From an uncultured bacterium (GTDB lineage: Bacteria > Zixibacteria > MSB-5A5 > JAABVY01 > JAHJOQ01): 64,000 nt of DNA. The stretch spans positions 8,757 to 72,756 of the forward strand of contig CBDUQR010000010.1 in the NCBI GenBank assembly GCA_965369655.1, in the 5' to 3' direction. The first letter of the stretch is position 1; every line of letters begins with the position of its first letter. A model generated the notes under the pieces. The model ran no database searches and had not been told where the DNA came from. It worked only from the letters and a program-made list of their open reading frames with translations. Positions 8,856 through 16,687 of this stretch are shown here, piece by piece. Both the position numbers and the translations under genes were made by a program.

Positions 8856-9635
8856 ATGGTCACGCTTACGATAAATGGGAGAGTCGTTCACGCCGAAGAC
8901 AACGAGATACTGCTCGCGGTCTGCAAACGCGAGGGAATTAAGATACCCGCGTTGTGCCACCACGAGGCGGTCGAGCCGTTCGGTGCGTGCAGACTCTGCA
9001 TGGTCGAAATATCCAAAGAAGAATGGGGAGACTGGCGCGGATATGTGACGTCATGTCTCTACCCTGTCGAGCAGGATCTGATCGTGCAGACAGATTCGCC
9101 CAAAGTGATCGAGCTGCGGAAGACAGTGCTCGATCTCCTACTCGCGAGGTGCCCGAACTCGCCTGAGATTCGTAAACTTACAGCCGAGTACGGCGTTACT
9201 CACACCAGCTACGAGGAAATCCCGGACGGCGACAACTGTATCCTGTGCGGACTCTGTACGAGAATCTGTGACACGATGGGATTCAGCGCGATCTCAACGG
9301 TCGGACGGGGTCACGGCAAGGAAGTCGCCCCGCCGATGAAACAGGCGCCGCCCGATTGTGTCGGATGCCTCGCCTGTGCGCAGAATTGTCCAACCAATTG
9401 CATCGAATGGAATGACATCGGTGACAAGCGCACTATCTGGGGCAGGGAATTCGAGCTTATCAGATGCGAGAAGTGCGGCAGCACGACCATAACAAGAGAG
9501 TTCGCCGAAGCTCTCAGCAAGACCAGAGACATCCCGATCGACTACTTCAAGATATGCGACGAATGTCACAGGCATGAACTCTCGCAGACGATGGGCTCGA
9601 TTGCGAACTGGGAACGTGAGGAGGCGCAGCCGTGA
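8856..9635 (+). CDS. NuoG/HydA N-terminal-like FeS protein with no catalytic domain
   Basis: [2Fe-2S] LCHH..GACRLC..TSC; CILCGLCTRIC; CVGCLACAQNCP; C-terminal CEKC/CDEC; only 259 aa. Confidence 0.85.
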   Translation: MVTLTINGRVVHAEDNEILLAVCKREGIKIPALCHHEAVEPFGACRLCMVEISKEEWGDWRGYVTSCLYPVEQDLIVQTDSPKVIELRKTVLDLLLARCPNSPEIRKLTAEYGVTHTSYEEIPDGDNCILCGLCTRICDTMGFSAISTVGRGHGKEVAPPMKQAPPDCVGCLACAQNCPTNCIEWNDIGDKRTIWGREFELIRCEKCGSTTITREFAEALSKTRDIPIDYFKICDECHRHELSQTMGSIANWEREEAQP

Positions 9636-10069
9636 AATCGAGACTGGTTGTAACACCGAATCTCTGCACCGGTTGCCGCACGTGCGAGCTTGCGTGCGCG
9701 TTCGTGCATGTGATCGATGGTAAGCTGGGCCGAAGCCGCATCTACCCACTGCCGGGAGGGGCGCCCGATCTCTTCACACCGGTCGTCTGCCTGCAGTGCG
9801 ATGATCCGGCCTGCGTGAAATCATGTCTCGTCAATGCACTGACCCGCAACGAAGAAACCGGCGCGATCGATCTGGATCAGGATAAATGCGTCAAGTGCGC
9901 GGCATGCACGGCTGCGTGCCCATTCGGATGCGCGCTGTATGATACCGTGCATGATATATTCGTCAAATGCGATCTTTGCGGCGGCGATCCTGTCTGCGCA
10001 CACTTCTGCCCCACCAAAGCGTTGGAATATCGCCCGATTGTTCCCAGGAAGCAGCGCAAAGCGGGATAA
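9632..10069 (+). CDS. 4x[4Fe-4S] electron-transfer protein (CooF/DmsB/HycB-like)
   Basis: CTGCRTCELAC, CLQCDDPACVKSC, CVKCAACTAACP, KCDLCGGDPVCAHFCP. Confidence 0.9.
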   Translation: MKSRLVVTPNLCTGCRTCELACAFVHVIDGKLGRSRIYPLPGGAPDLFTPVVCLQCDDPACVKSCLVNALTRNEETGAIDLDQDKCVKCAACTAACPFGCALYDTVHDIFVKCDLCGGDPVCAHFCPTKALEYRPIVPRKQRKAG

Positions 10070-10123
10070 CCTTCCGACGGTTTGAATCAGGTAATCACGA
10101 GGAGAAAAGCGGCGTGATGACAT

Positions 10124-10235
10124 GAGATTGCCATGCTTCGCTCGCAATGACAACGATCGGTCCTGTCATTCCGGCGAAAACCTGTCCGTGCTAGTCGGGG
10201 CTGTGCTCCGATGAAATGCGCATGAGCACAGCTCC
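10124..10235. repeat. Cluster of palindromic elements (GTCAT-type plus a GGGGCTGTGCTC hairpin)
   Basis: GAGATTGCCATGCTTCGCTCGCAATGAC (10124-10151), GTCATTCCGGCGAAA (10165-10179), GGGGCTGTGCTC..GAGCACAGCTCC (10197-10235). Confidence 0.6.
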
Positions 10236-10594
10236 AGAGCACACGGAAAACGCTCGAGTCTTCAGCCAGATCTCGGCGCCGACAACTGCTTTTTGCGAAA
10301 ACCGGCGCTTCATTGGAACATTAGTCCCTTCCCAATCGTTTGATATAGTGCGAGGCGTTTTTACGCTGAGCGATCCTTCTTTTCGTGCGTTTCATGGACT
10401 CCGGGTCAAACTTGGCCCGGAGTTAATTTGTTCTATCCTGTTCATTTCTTGCACAGAGCAGGCCATACCTGTTACGAGATTATCCCTTCAGTTTCCGGGT
10501 TCCAAACCGAAACTAATACAGGAGCGTTGCGCGTCACGCGAATGCATCCGAACAGGAGCAAAATCAGAGCACAACACATCGGAGAGGGTTTGCC

Positions 10595-11083
10595 ATGTTT
10601 ATGAAGTTCTTTTACGGCAAGAGGGGATTCACTCTCATCGAACTGGTTGTCATTATCGTCGTGCTGGGGATATTGGCCGCCGTCGCGATTCCGAAGCTTT
10701 TCAACGTTACCGAGGAAGCCGAGAAATCGTCTGTAGCATCAATGGTCTCAAGTCTCGAATCGTCGCTGTCGATCTATGTCGCCAAGCAGTTCGTCAATGG
10801 CCAGACGATAGCTATTCACAATCCGTTCGATGACCTCTCGAACATCCCGAGCAACTATGCCGGAGAGAATAATCCTGTTACGCCTGCCAATACCCCCAAT
10901 GGTAAATGGAGTTGGAGATCGAACGGAAACTGGATCATGTACAATCCAACCTCAGAGATATCCGGTGGATGGCTGAACGGTGGTGAGAGGTTCATAATCT
11001 ATCAGGTGCAAACAGTAGTCGAGGGCAGCGACGTTGTCGGCCTGAGACTCAACACAACCCCTGCGTACACCTATACGTGGTAG
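10595..11083 (+). CDS. Type IV pilin / pseudopilin (prepilin peptidase substrate)
   Basis: KRG|FTLIELVVIIVVLGILAAVAIP class III signal; start 10595 or 10601. Confidence 0.9.
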   Translation: MFMKFFYGKRGFTLIELVVIIVVLGILAAVAIPKLFNVTEEAEKSSVASMVSSLESSLSIYVAKQFVNGQTIAIHNPFDDLSNIPSNYAGENNPVTPANTPNGKWSWRSNGNWIMYNPTSEISGGWLNGGERFIIYQVQTVVEGSDVVGLRLNTTPAYTYTW

Positions 11084-11104
11084 ATCGCTGGTCATTCGAA
11101 ATTG

Positions 11105-11137
11105 CGGCGGTGTATCTACTGCGCCGCCGTTTTCTTT
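11105..11137 (+). terminator. Intrinsic terminator after the pilin gene
   Basis: CGGCGGTGTA-TCTAC-TGCGCCGCCG followed by TTTTCTTT. Confidence 0.65.
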
Positions 11138-11202
11138 CCCGGTTCATCATGCACACTGATAACAAGAAGCCCCTCCCGGTTGGGAAGGGCTCGAATTCCC
11201 TA

Positions 11203-11286
11203 TGCCGAAGGGGAGATTTGAACTCCCACGCCCGTAAGGACACTGCGCCCTGAACACAGCGTGTCTACCAATTCCACCACTTCGGC
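11203..11286 (-). tRNA. tRNA-Leu(CAG); CCA not encoded
   Basis: GCCGAAGTGGTGGAATTGGTAGACACG-CTGTG-TTCAGGG-CGCAG, long variable arm, GGGAGTTCAAATCTCCC-CTTCGGC-A; hairpin plus U-rich tract downstream at 11161-11190. Confidence 0.95.
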
Positions 11287-11416
11287 ATCAGCGCCACCTA
11301 ATATATTCTGTCGGCTACAAGCCGCAAGACTTTTTTGCCCACATACGCCGTTCTTCAACATCTTGCTATTCGGCACGGATGCGCTATATTGAGCGACGTT
11401 TATTTTTCCGAAGTCA

Positions 11417-12349
11417 ATGCAGGTAATGGAGGCAGACTTGACGGCGTATCTGGGTGAATCGGCAGCTCTTCTGACCGCAATCCTGTGGGCGTTCACATCG
11501 ATCTTCTTCACAGGAGCATCGAGGAGAATCGGCTCGTTTTCGGTGAATGTGATAAGAATAGCGATTGCGGTGCTAATTATCGGCGGCACGGTCCTGATTG
11601 TAACCGGGCGCATTTTCCCCGCGCAGGCAACCAGCAGTCAAATAGTCTGGCTGGCAGCATCGGGTATCGTCGGGCTGGTGCTCGGCGATACATTCCTGTT
11701 CCGGTCGCTGATCATACTCGGACCACGGCTCGCAACACTGATCTTCGCAACCTGGCCAATCATGACCGTAGTGTTGTCATGGATATTCCTTACGGAGTCG
11801 CTGAGCTGGATCGCAGTGGTTGGGATAGCTGTTGCAATGACAGGCATCGCCTGGGTCACTGTCGAGAAACAGAGCGAGTGGAAAACTGAAATGGTCGGCT
11901 CCGACCGTGGATCAAAAGCATTCGGGGTGGCGATGGCTCTGCTGGGCGGATTCGGTCAGGCTGCCGGGCTGGTAATGGCGAAGTATGCTATGACCGATTC
12001 TCTCACTGCCATCGAGGCCAGCTATATCAGGATGATCGCGGCGTTTGCCGTCATCTGGATATTCTGCGGCATCACGGGGAAACTCCGACGCATACTGAAG
12101 TCGCTCAGTAACAGACCGGCGATGGCACATACCCTCGGAGGCGCAATCTCAGGACCGTTTCTTGGCATCTGGATGTCCCTCGTCGCGATCACATACACGA
12201 AGACAGGCATCGCGGCAGCGATCATGGCGTCGGTCCCTGTAGTGATAATCCCGATTTCGATAGTAGTCTACAGGCAGTTGCCATCGGCAAGAGCGATCGT
12301 CGGAGCACTTGTGACAGTTGCGGGAATATCAATTCTCTTCCTGATATAG
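11417..12349 (+). CDS. EamA/DMT family transporter
   Basis: About 10 hydrophobic segments in two repeats; GEsAALLTAILWA, SGIVGLVLGD, LGPR. Confidence 0.88.
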   Translation: MQVMEADLTAYLGESAALLTAILWAFTSIFFTGASRRIGSFSVNVIRIAIAVLIIGGTVLIVTGRIFPAQATSSQIVWLAASGIVGLVLGDTFLFRSLIILGPRLATLIFATWPIMTVVLSWIFLTESLSWIAVVGIAVAMTGIAWVTVEKQSEWKTEMVGSDRGSKAFGVAMALLGGFGQAAGLVMAKYAMTDSLTAIEASYIRMIAAFAVIWIFCGITGKLRRILKSLSNRPAMAHTLGGAISGPFLGIWMSLVAITYTKTGIAAAIMASVPVVIIPISIVVYRQLPSARAIVGALVTVAGISILFLI

Positions 12350-12438
12350 CACGTGGAATTGCACTATGTCGATTTTGATTGCATCAATCGGCTATGTCCG
12401 CTAATTTCTCACTCTCAGAACAAGCATAAGGAGCTGAA

Positions 12439-12846
12439 GTGTTCACATTCATCGACTATTCCGGGAAAATACCTGAATCGCAGATTGAGACAAGTGACGC
12501 TCAGGCGGCTCGCAATGGGAAGTTCGTCCAGATAAGGCATGATAACGACGAGTATATTGTGTTTGCACCGAAAGCGCTCTGCAAGTATCACGCTCACATC
12601 ATCGAAGAGTTTGCAAGTGATCCCGGCTTTGACTTGACAACCAGGCGAACCAATCAAGGCTCGTTTTTCCATGATCTGAAATGGCGAATACTGGGCGGCG
12701 GAAAAATGCAGATCGACGTCGAGAATCGTACGTTGCTGCTCAGCGGCGACTCTAAGGTATACGGCGCGTTCGACCGATCTGTAATCGTATCAAGGCTGTC
12801 GGAGGTGCCTCAGTTTCGAGACTATAAGATAGAATTACTTGACTGA
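12439..12846 (+). CDS. Janus/Ocnus (PHPT1-like) fold protein, putative phosphohistidine phosphatase
   Basis: GTG start after AAGGAG; motifs KFVQI, YHAHI, LGGGK-x13-GDSKVYG and DYKI are collinear with PHPT1. Confidence 0.6.
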   Translation: MFTFIDYSGKIPESQIETSDAQAARNGKFVQIRHDNDEYIVFAPKALCKYHAHIIEEFASDPGFDLTTRRTNQGSFFHDLKWRILGGGKMQIDVENRTLLLSGDSKVYGAFDRSVIVSRLSEVPQFRDYKIELLD

Positions 12847-12921
12847 CAGGTTTACCGGCTCGGATTTGTCCGACCGTTGTATAACCGATATGAGTTTGAC
12901 GCCAAGCTTACTGAGGTAAAT

Positions 12922-13566
12922 ATGACAATGTTGCGAAGCACTTCTCCCCTTATTCTGATCGTCGCACTGCTGATCGCGCTGAGCGGTTGCGATGGCGACA
13001 ATGGCAATGGCCCTGACCCCGAAGTGAAGATATTCCCCGAAAACTCCGAGGATTATTTCCCGATGGAACAGGGTGATGTCTGGTATTATACTGAGTCGGG
13101 ACAGACAACGGTCGTTAGGCGTATCGGAGACACGATTGAATTCCGGGACGACACTTGTACAGCCCTGCTGACATCGCTGCCGCCGATTTTCGCCGATTCG
13201 CTCGATGAGTGCTGGACAATCGACTCGACCGGATTCTACATACATCTGCTCGCATTCAAGTATCACCCTGATCCGTTGCTTTCGATCCCATTTGACTTGA
13301 GATCGGACAATCCGCATCATTTCGAATCATTCCTTGCGGAGAATGGCGATACGAACCACGGTTTCACTATTTCAGGAGACCTGCATTATCAGGGGCTTAT
13401 CACGAAGACTGTCCCGGCGGGGACATTCCAGGATTGTGTCAAGCTCTACTACGATGATGGTGTCGATCCGTACCACGAGTACTACGCTCCCGGCGTCGGC
13501 CTGCTCGACAACGGCAGCATCGTCCTTGATTCGGCGATAGTCGGATCAGTGCAGTATGGAATGTGA
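12922..13566 (+). CDS. Lipoprotein, beta-rich hypothetical
   Basis: ATG after GAGGT; LIALSGC lipobox; YFPM..GDVWYY, TVPAGTF.DC, YYAPGVGL. Confidence 0.75.
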   Translation: MTMLRSTSPLILIVALLIALSGCDGDNGNGPDPEVKIFPENSEDYFPMEQGDVWYYTESGQTTVVRRIGDTIEFRDDTCTALLTSLPPIFADSLDECWTIDSTGFYIHLLAFKYHPDPLLSIPFDLRSDNPHHFESFLAENGDTNHGFTISGDLHYQGLITKTVPAGTFQDCVKLYYDDGVDPYHEYYAPGVGLLDNGSIVLDSAIVGSVQYGM

Positions 13567-13621
13567 GGAAAGCAATAACGATATTGATGTGTAAGGCGAG
13601 AAATCGCTACAGAGTTCGCAG

Positions 13622-14293
13622 CTAAGAAGGTTTTTCTAATACCTCGGCAGATATGCTTTGAAGACGCTCAACGACCTTATGAACGTGGGTTGATGGATTA
13701 CAGTTTCTTAAATCATCACCATAACCATTCTCACGGATGATCGACTTGGAATTAGTGATTGCTGTTTCAATATGCTGTGAGATCGTTTGAAAGACATTTG
13801 GATCATTCTTTGTGTAGTCAGGCATGTACTTCTTTAGTAAATTAATAGTATCATCAGAATTTTGCATGCGATGAGCTGTCTTTTCATAGTGAAGAAGAAA
13901 CCAGTATTCGAAACACGGATTACTTAATGCTACCTGTAGTTTTTTCCGTCGAGCAACGTCAATCGCCTTATCAAGAGACTCCTGTTTTGGAATCTCCACA
14001 TCCATCACGCACCAGACTACGTTATACTCACGAGTCTCAAGAGTACTGTTCGAGTTTCGTCGTTCCTTTATTTTGCGCAAAGCACAATTAACCACACTTA
14101 TGGCAGCAGAACCATCTTCTCCACCAACGACTTCAACCTTCAGAGTATGCAACTTCAAATGTCCTCTGAGCGATTTGAAGTAAATGGGTTCGGTTTTTTC
14201 ACCTTCACAGACAATGAGGACTACGTCGCGCGGGTGTTTGTACGGTCTTCCTCGTGTGTAGTCCTTATTACTACGCCTTCTTGAATTCTTCAA
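13622..14293 (-). CDS. RloB-family (TOPRIM-like) protein
   Basis: LIVCEGEKTEPIYF, WCVMDVE, SNPCFEYWFLLH, NPST; likely TTG start 14293 after GGAGG, overlapping the end of the ATPase gene. Confidence 0.85.
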   Translation of the reverse strand: MKNSRRRSNKDYTRGRPYKHPRDVVLIVCEGEKTEPIYFKSLRGHLKLHTLKVEVVGGEDGSAAISVVNCALRKIKERRNSNSTLETREYNVVWCVMDVEIPKQESLDKAIDVARRKKLQVALSNPCFEYWFLLHYEKTAHRMQNSDDTINLLKKYMPDYTKNDPNVFQTISQHIETAITNSKSIIRENGYGDDLRNCNPSTHVHKVVERLQSISAEVLEKPS

Positions 14294-15599
14294 TACCAAA
14301 AGCCTCCAGAAACGGAACTGCCCCATATCTTCCAGAAAGATATCCTCTTTGCAACGCTTCATCTTTTCTGGGTCGCTTCTTTCCTTCGGCGTAATCCCAG
14401 AGTGAATACAATCGTGTCCCGCCCTTCTCATCCTTCTCAGTAAACCAAATTTGATCACGCCGAAGAAGTTCGGGATCTAAGAGAGTTGTATCGTGAGCTG
14501 AGAATATCACTTGTCCCCCCATAAGGTTAATCCTAGGGTCAAGTATGAACTCAATCAGTTTTCTGCTCAAATGAGGATGCAGACTATCATCAAGCTCGTC
14601 CACAAAAACTGTAATACCTTTGCTGATCACGATCAACCATGGCCCCACTAGTTTGAAAAACCTCTGTGTACCGAGCGATTCTTTATTTAGTGGCAGGGAC
14701 ATCATAACGCCAGCATCATCGTATGAATATTGCATAAAGACATTAATTAGAAAAGCTTCTCCACCTTCCCGGACTATACTCTGTCCCTTTAGACGGTTCA
14801 ACCCCCCAGCCTCTACAGCTCGCAATTCCTCTTGAGGAATTTTTGTTTTCTTGACAGACAAGTTCTGAATCCCAAAGTCTGCACTACGAATCATCGCCTC
14901 AAGGACATTGTGATGAGGATTCTCTTCTTTGTCATCCCGTACAGCCAGCATTTTAAGAGTAACATCAGGGACACCCCCTTCTCCAGGTAATATAGACCTG
15001 AAATGGTTCTTGAACCACTCATACACTGTCGAGAGCTGCTCGTTATTCCAGCGGTTAGCGACAGACAAAAACAACACGTGGTTCTTTGTCCTCTGCTTCA
15101 AGCCAACCTTGCCACCCTTAAGGTTAGTTCCAAACTTAATATCAAGTAGACCTTTTTGGGGGTTCCACTTCCGGTGATACCACTCTTGTGACTGACCTCT
15201 TGGGTATGCATACAGCCACTCCTCCAAAACCTTTTTTGACGTTGCCTTAAAGCCATATTGATATTGGATGTTCTTGTGAATAAATGTTATCTCAAATTCT
15301 GTTGGCTGTGACTCAGTTCTTTTATCAAGAAGAAATGGCTCAATCAAACTTAAACTAAGCTCACCGACTAAATCCTCTTGATCCGAGAACAACACTGCTG
15401 AGGTCATTACGATTAATGCTTCAATAATATTGCTCTTGCCAGATGCATTTGGTCCATAGATGCCGGCAACCTTGAGTAGCTTCAGTTTACCGACTTGATG
15501 AATATTATCTTCAAGTCCAGTCTCAGAGCTTGCTACCATACTCAGCACTTGCTCATCTCGGATCGAGCGGAAGTTCTTTACACGAAACTCTACAAGCAT
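14271..15599 (-). CDS. RloA-like AAA_21/ABC-type ATPase
   Basis: FRVKNFRSI, IYGPNASGKSN, ESLGT, FVDELDDSLHP, QVIFSAHD, RRDQIWF, YLSGRYGAVP. Confidence 0.9.
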   Translation of the reverse strand: MLVEFRVKNFRSIRDEQVLSMVASSETGLEDNIHQVGKLKLLKVAGIYGPNASGKSNIIEALIVMTSAVLFSDQEDLVGELSLSLIEPFLLDKRTESQPTEFEITFIHKNIQYQYGFKATSKKVLEEWLYAYPRGQSQEWYHRKWNPQKGLLDIKFGTNLKGGKVGLKQRTKNHVLFLSVANRWNNEQLSTVYEWFKNHFRSILPGEGGVPDVTLKMLAVRDDKEENPHHNVLEAMIRSADFGIQNLSVKKTKIPQEELRAVEAGGLNRLKGQSIVREGGEAFLINVFMQYSYDDAGVMMSLPLNKESLGTQRFFKLVGPWLIVISKGITVFVDELDDSLHPHLSRKLIEFILDPRINLMGGQVIFSAHDTTLLDPELLRRDQIWFTEKDEKGGTRLYSLWDYAEGKKRPRKDEALQRGYLSGRYGAVPFLEAFGIEEFKKA

Positions 15600-15767
15600 T
15601 GACCTCTCCCTGCAATATTATGCCTATCTATGCAGATTTATCGTAATAACAGCCATAATCTTTAATTTGTTCCTTAAGAAACATACATTTCTAGTACTCC
15701 CGAGGCAAGCAAAATGTTGCAGCATTTTGGAAAAAGGACACTATGTTTTGGAGATAGCTATCGTGCC

Positions 15768-16547
15768 TCACACCTCCCCCTTCGACTCTTCCCATAGTTT
15801 GTCCATCTCTTCGAGTGTTGCATCGGCGACTGTGCGGTTGTTGTCAGCGAGGTGGTGTTCGATATACTCGAATCGTCTCTTGAATTTGTTCGTGATCCGA
15901 TTCAGCGCATTCTCCGGATCGATCTTGAGAAACCGTGCGACATTGACAACTGTGAACAGCAGATCGCCAAGCTCTTCTTCGATACCGGCATCATTCTGCG
16001 CTGACAACTCGGCTTTGAGTTCCGCGACTTCCTCGTCGAACTTGACGATGATATCTGCGACTTTTTCCCAATCGAATCCGAATCGCGCAGCTTTTTCCTG
16101 CACTCGATATGCCCTGAGCAATGCTGGCAACGTCTTCGGCACGCCGGACAGGACCGAATTCGACACGCCGTTCTTAGGTGTGTCTTGTTCGAGCTTGATC
16201 TTCTCCCAGTTGATGGTCACCTGTTCTGATGAAATCTCGGCTTTTTTCTCGAAAACATGCGGATGTCGCCGGACCAGCTTATCCGACAGCGACTTCGCGA
16301 CATCATCGATATCAAACTTGTCGCTATCAGAAGCGATCTGAGCATGGAATACAATCTGCAACAGAAGATCGCCTAACTCTTCTTTCAGACGATTCGGATC
16401 ATTTTCTTCGACCGACTCCATTACCTCATAGGTTTCTTCCAACAAGTACGGCAGCAACGATTTATGCGTCTGCTCCCTGTCCCATGGGCAGCCGTCGGGC
16501 GCGCGGAGTTTTCTCATGATGTCGACAAGCTCATAGAATCTGGACAT
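15768..16547 (-). CDS. mazG: Nucleoside triphosphate pyrophosphohydrolase MazG
   Basis: GCPWDREQTH, EELGDLL twice, RRHPHVF. Confidence 0.95.
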   Translation of the reverse strand: MSRFYELVDIMRKLRAPDGCPWDREQTHKSLLPYLLEETYEVMESVEENDPNRLKEELGDLLLQIVFHAQIASDSDKFDIDDVAKSLSDKLVRRHPHVFEKKAEISSEQVTINWEKIKLEQDTPKNGVSNSVLSGVPKTLPALLRAYRVQEKAARFGFDWEKVADIIVKFDEEVAELKAELSAQNDAGIEEELGDLLFTVVNVARFLKIDPENALNRITNKFKRRFEYIEHHLADNNRTVADATLEEMDKLWEESKGEV

Positions 16548-16687
16548 ATACGGAACCTTTCGTCAATTCTGAACGTATCCGACCGATACTGTCTGAAATG
16601 CGCAGTACCTGACTGCGTAAGAGTAATAACGTTTGGCTTGACATCAAGTCATTTTTTTCTATTTATAGATGTTCACTTTTCAGGGAA

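Noticed and set aside
6532-9635. Respiratory complex I nuoEFG or an [FeFe]-hydrogenase
   Set aside because: No membrane nuo genes; the G/A-like subunit is 259 aa and lacks H-cluster and molybdopterin domains.
10216-10833. 205-aa ORF overlapping the pilin, and similar shadow ORFs antisense to OFOR, dcw, valS and 55649-56557
   Set aside because: They overlap well-supported genes or repeats, have no motifs, and are expected in GC-rich DNA.
11369-11390. Sigma-54 promoter (GGCACG...GC)
   Set aside because: The GG-N10-GC spacing is not met.
14294-14458. N-terminal extension of RloB in the ORF track (likewise for ftsW, the PorZ-like gene, folE2 and tricorn)
   Set aside because: The extensions overlap neighbouring genes; downstream starts have better RBS, coupling or signal peptides.
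11203-15599. tRNA-anchored genomic island or prophage
   Set aside because: No integrase and no duplicated tRNA 3' end; the AT-rich genes lie on the 5' side of the tRNA.
15768-16547. MazG as a defence or toxin-antitoxin component
   Set aside because: It is the standard two-domain housekeeping MazG with host-like composition; no mazEF nearby.
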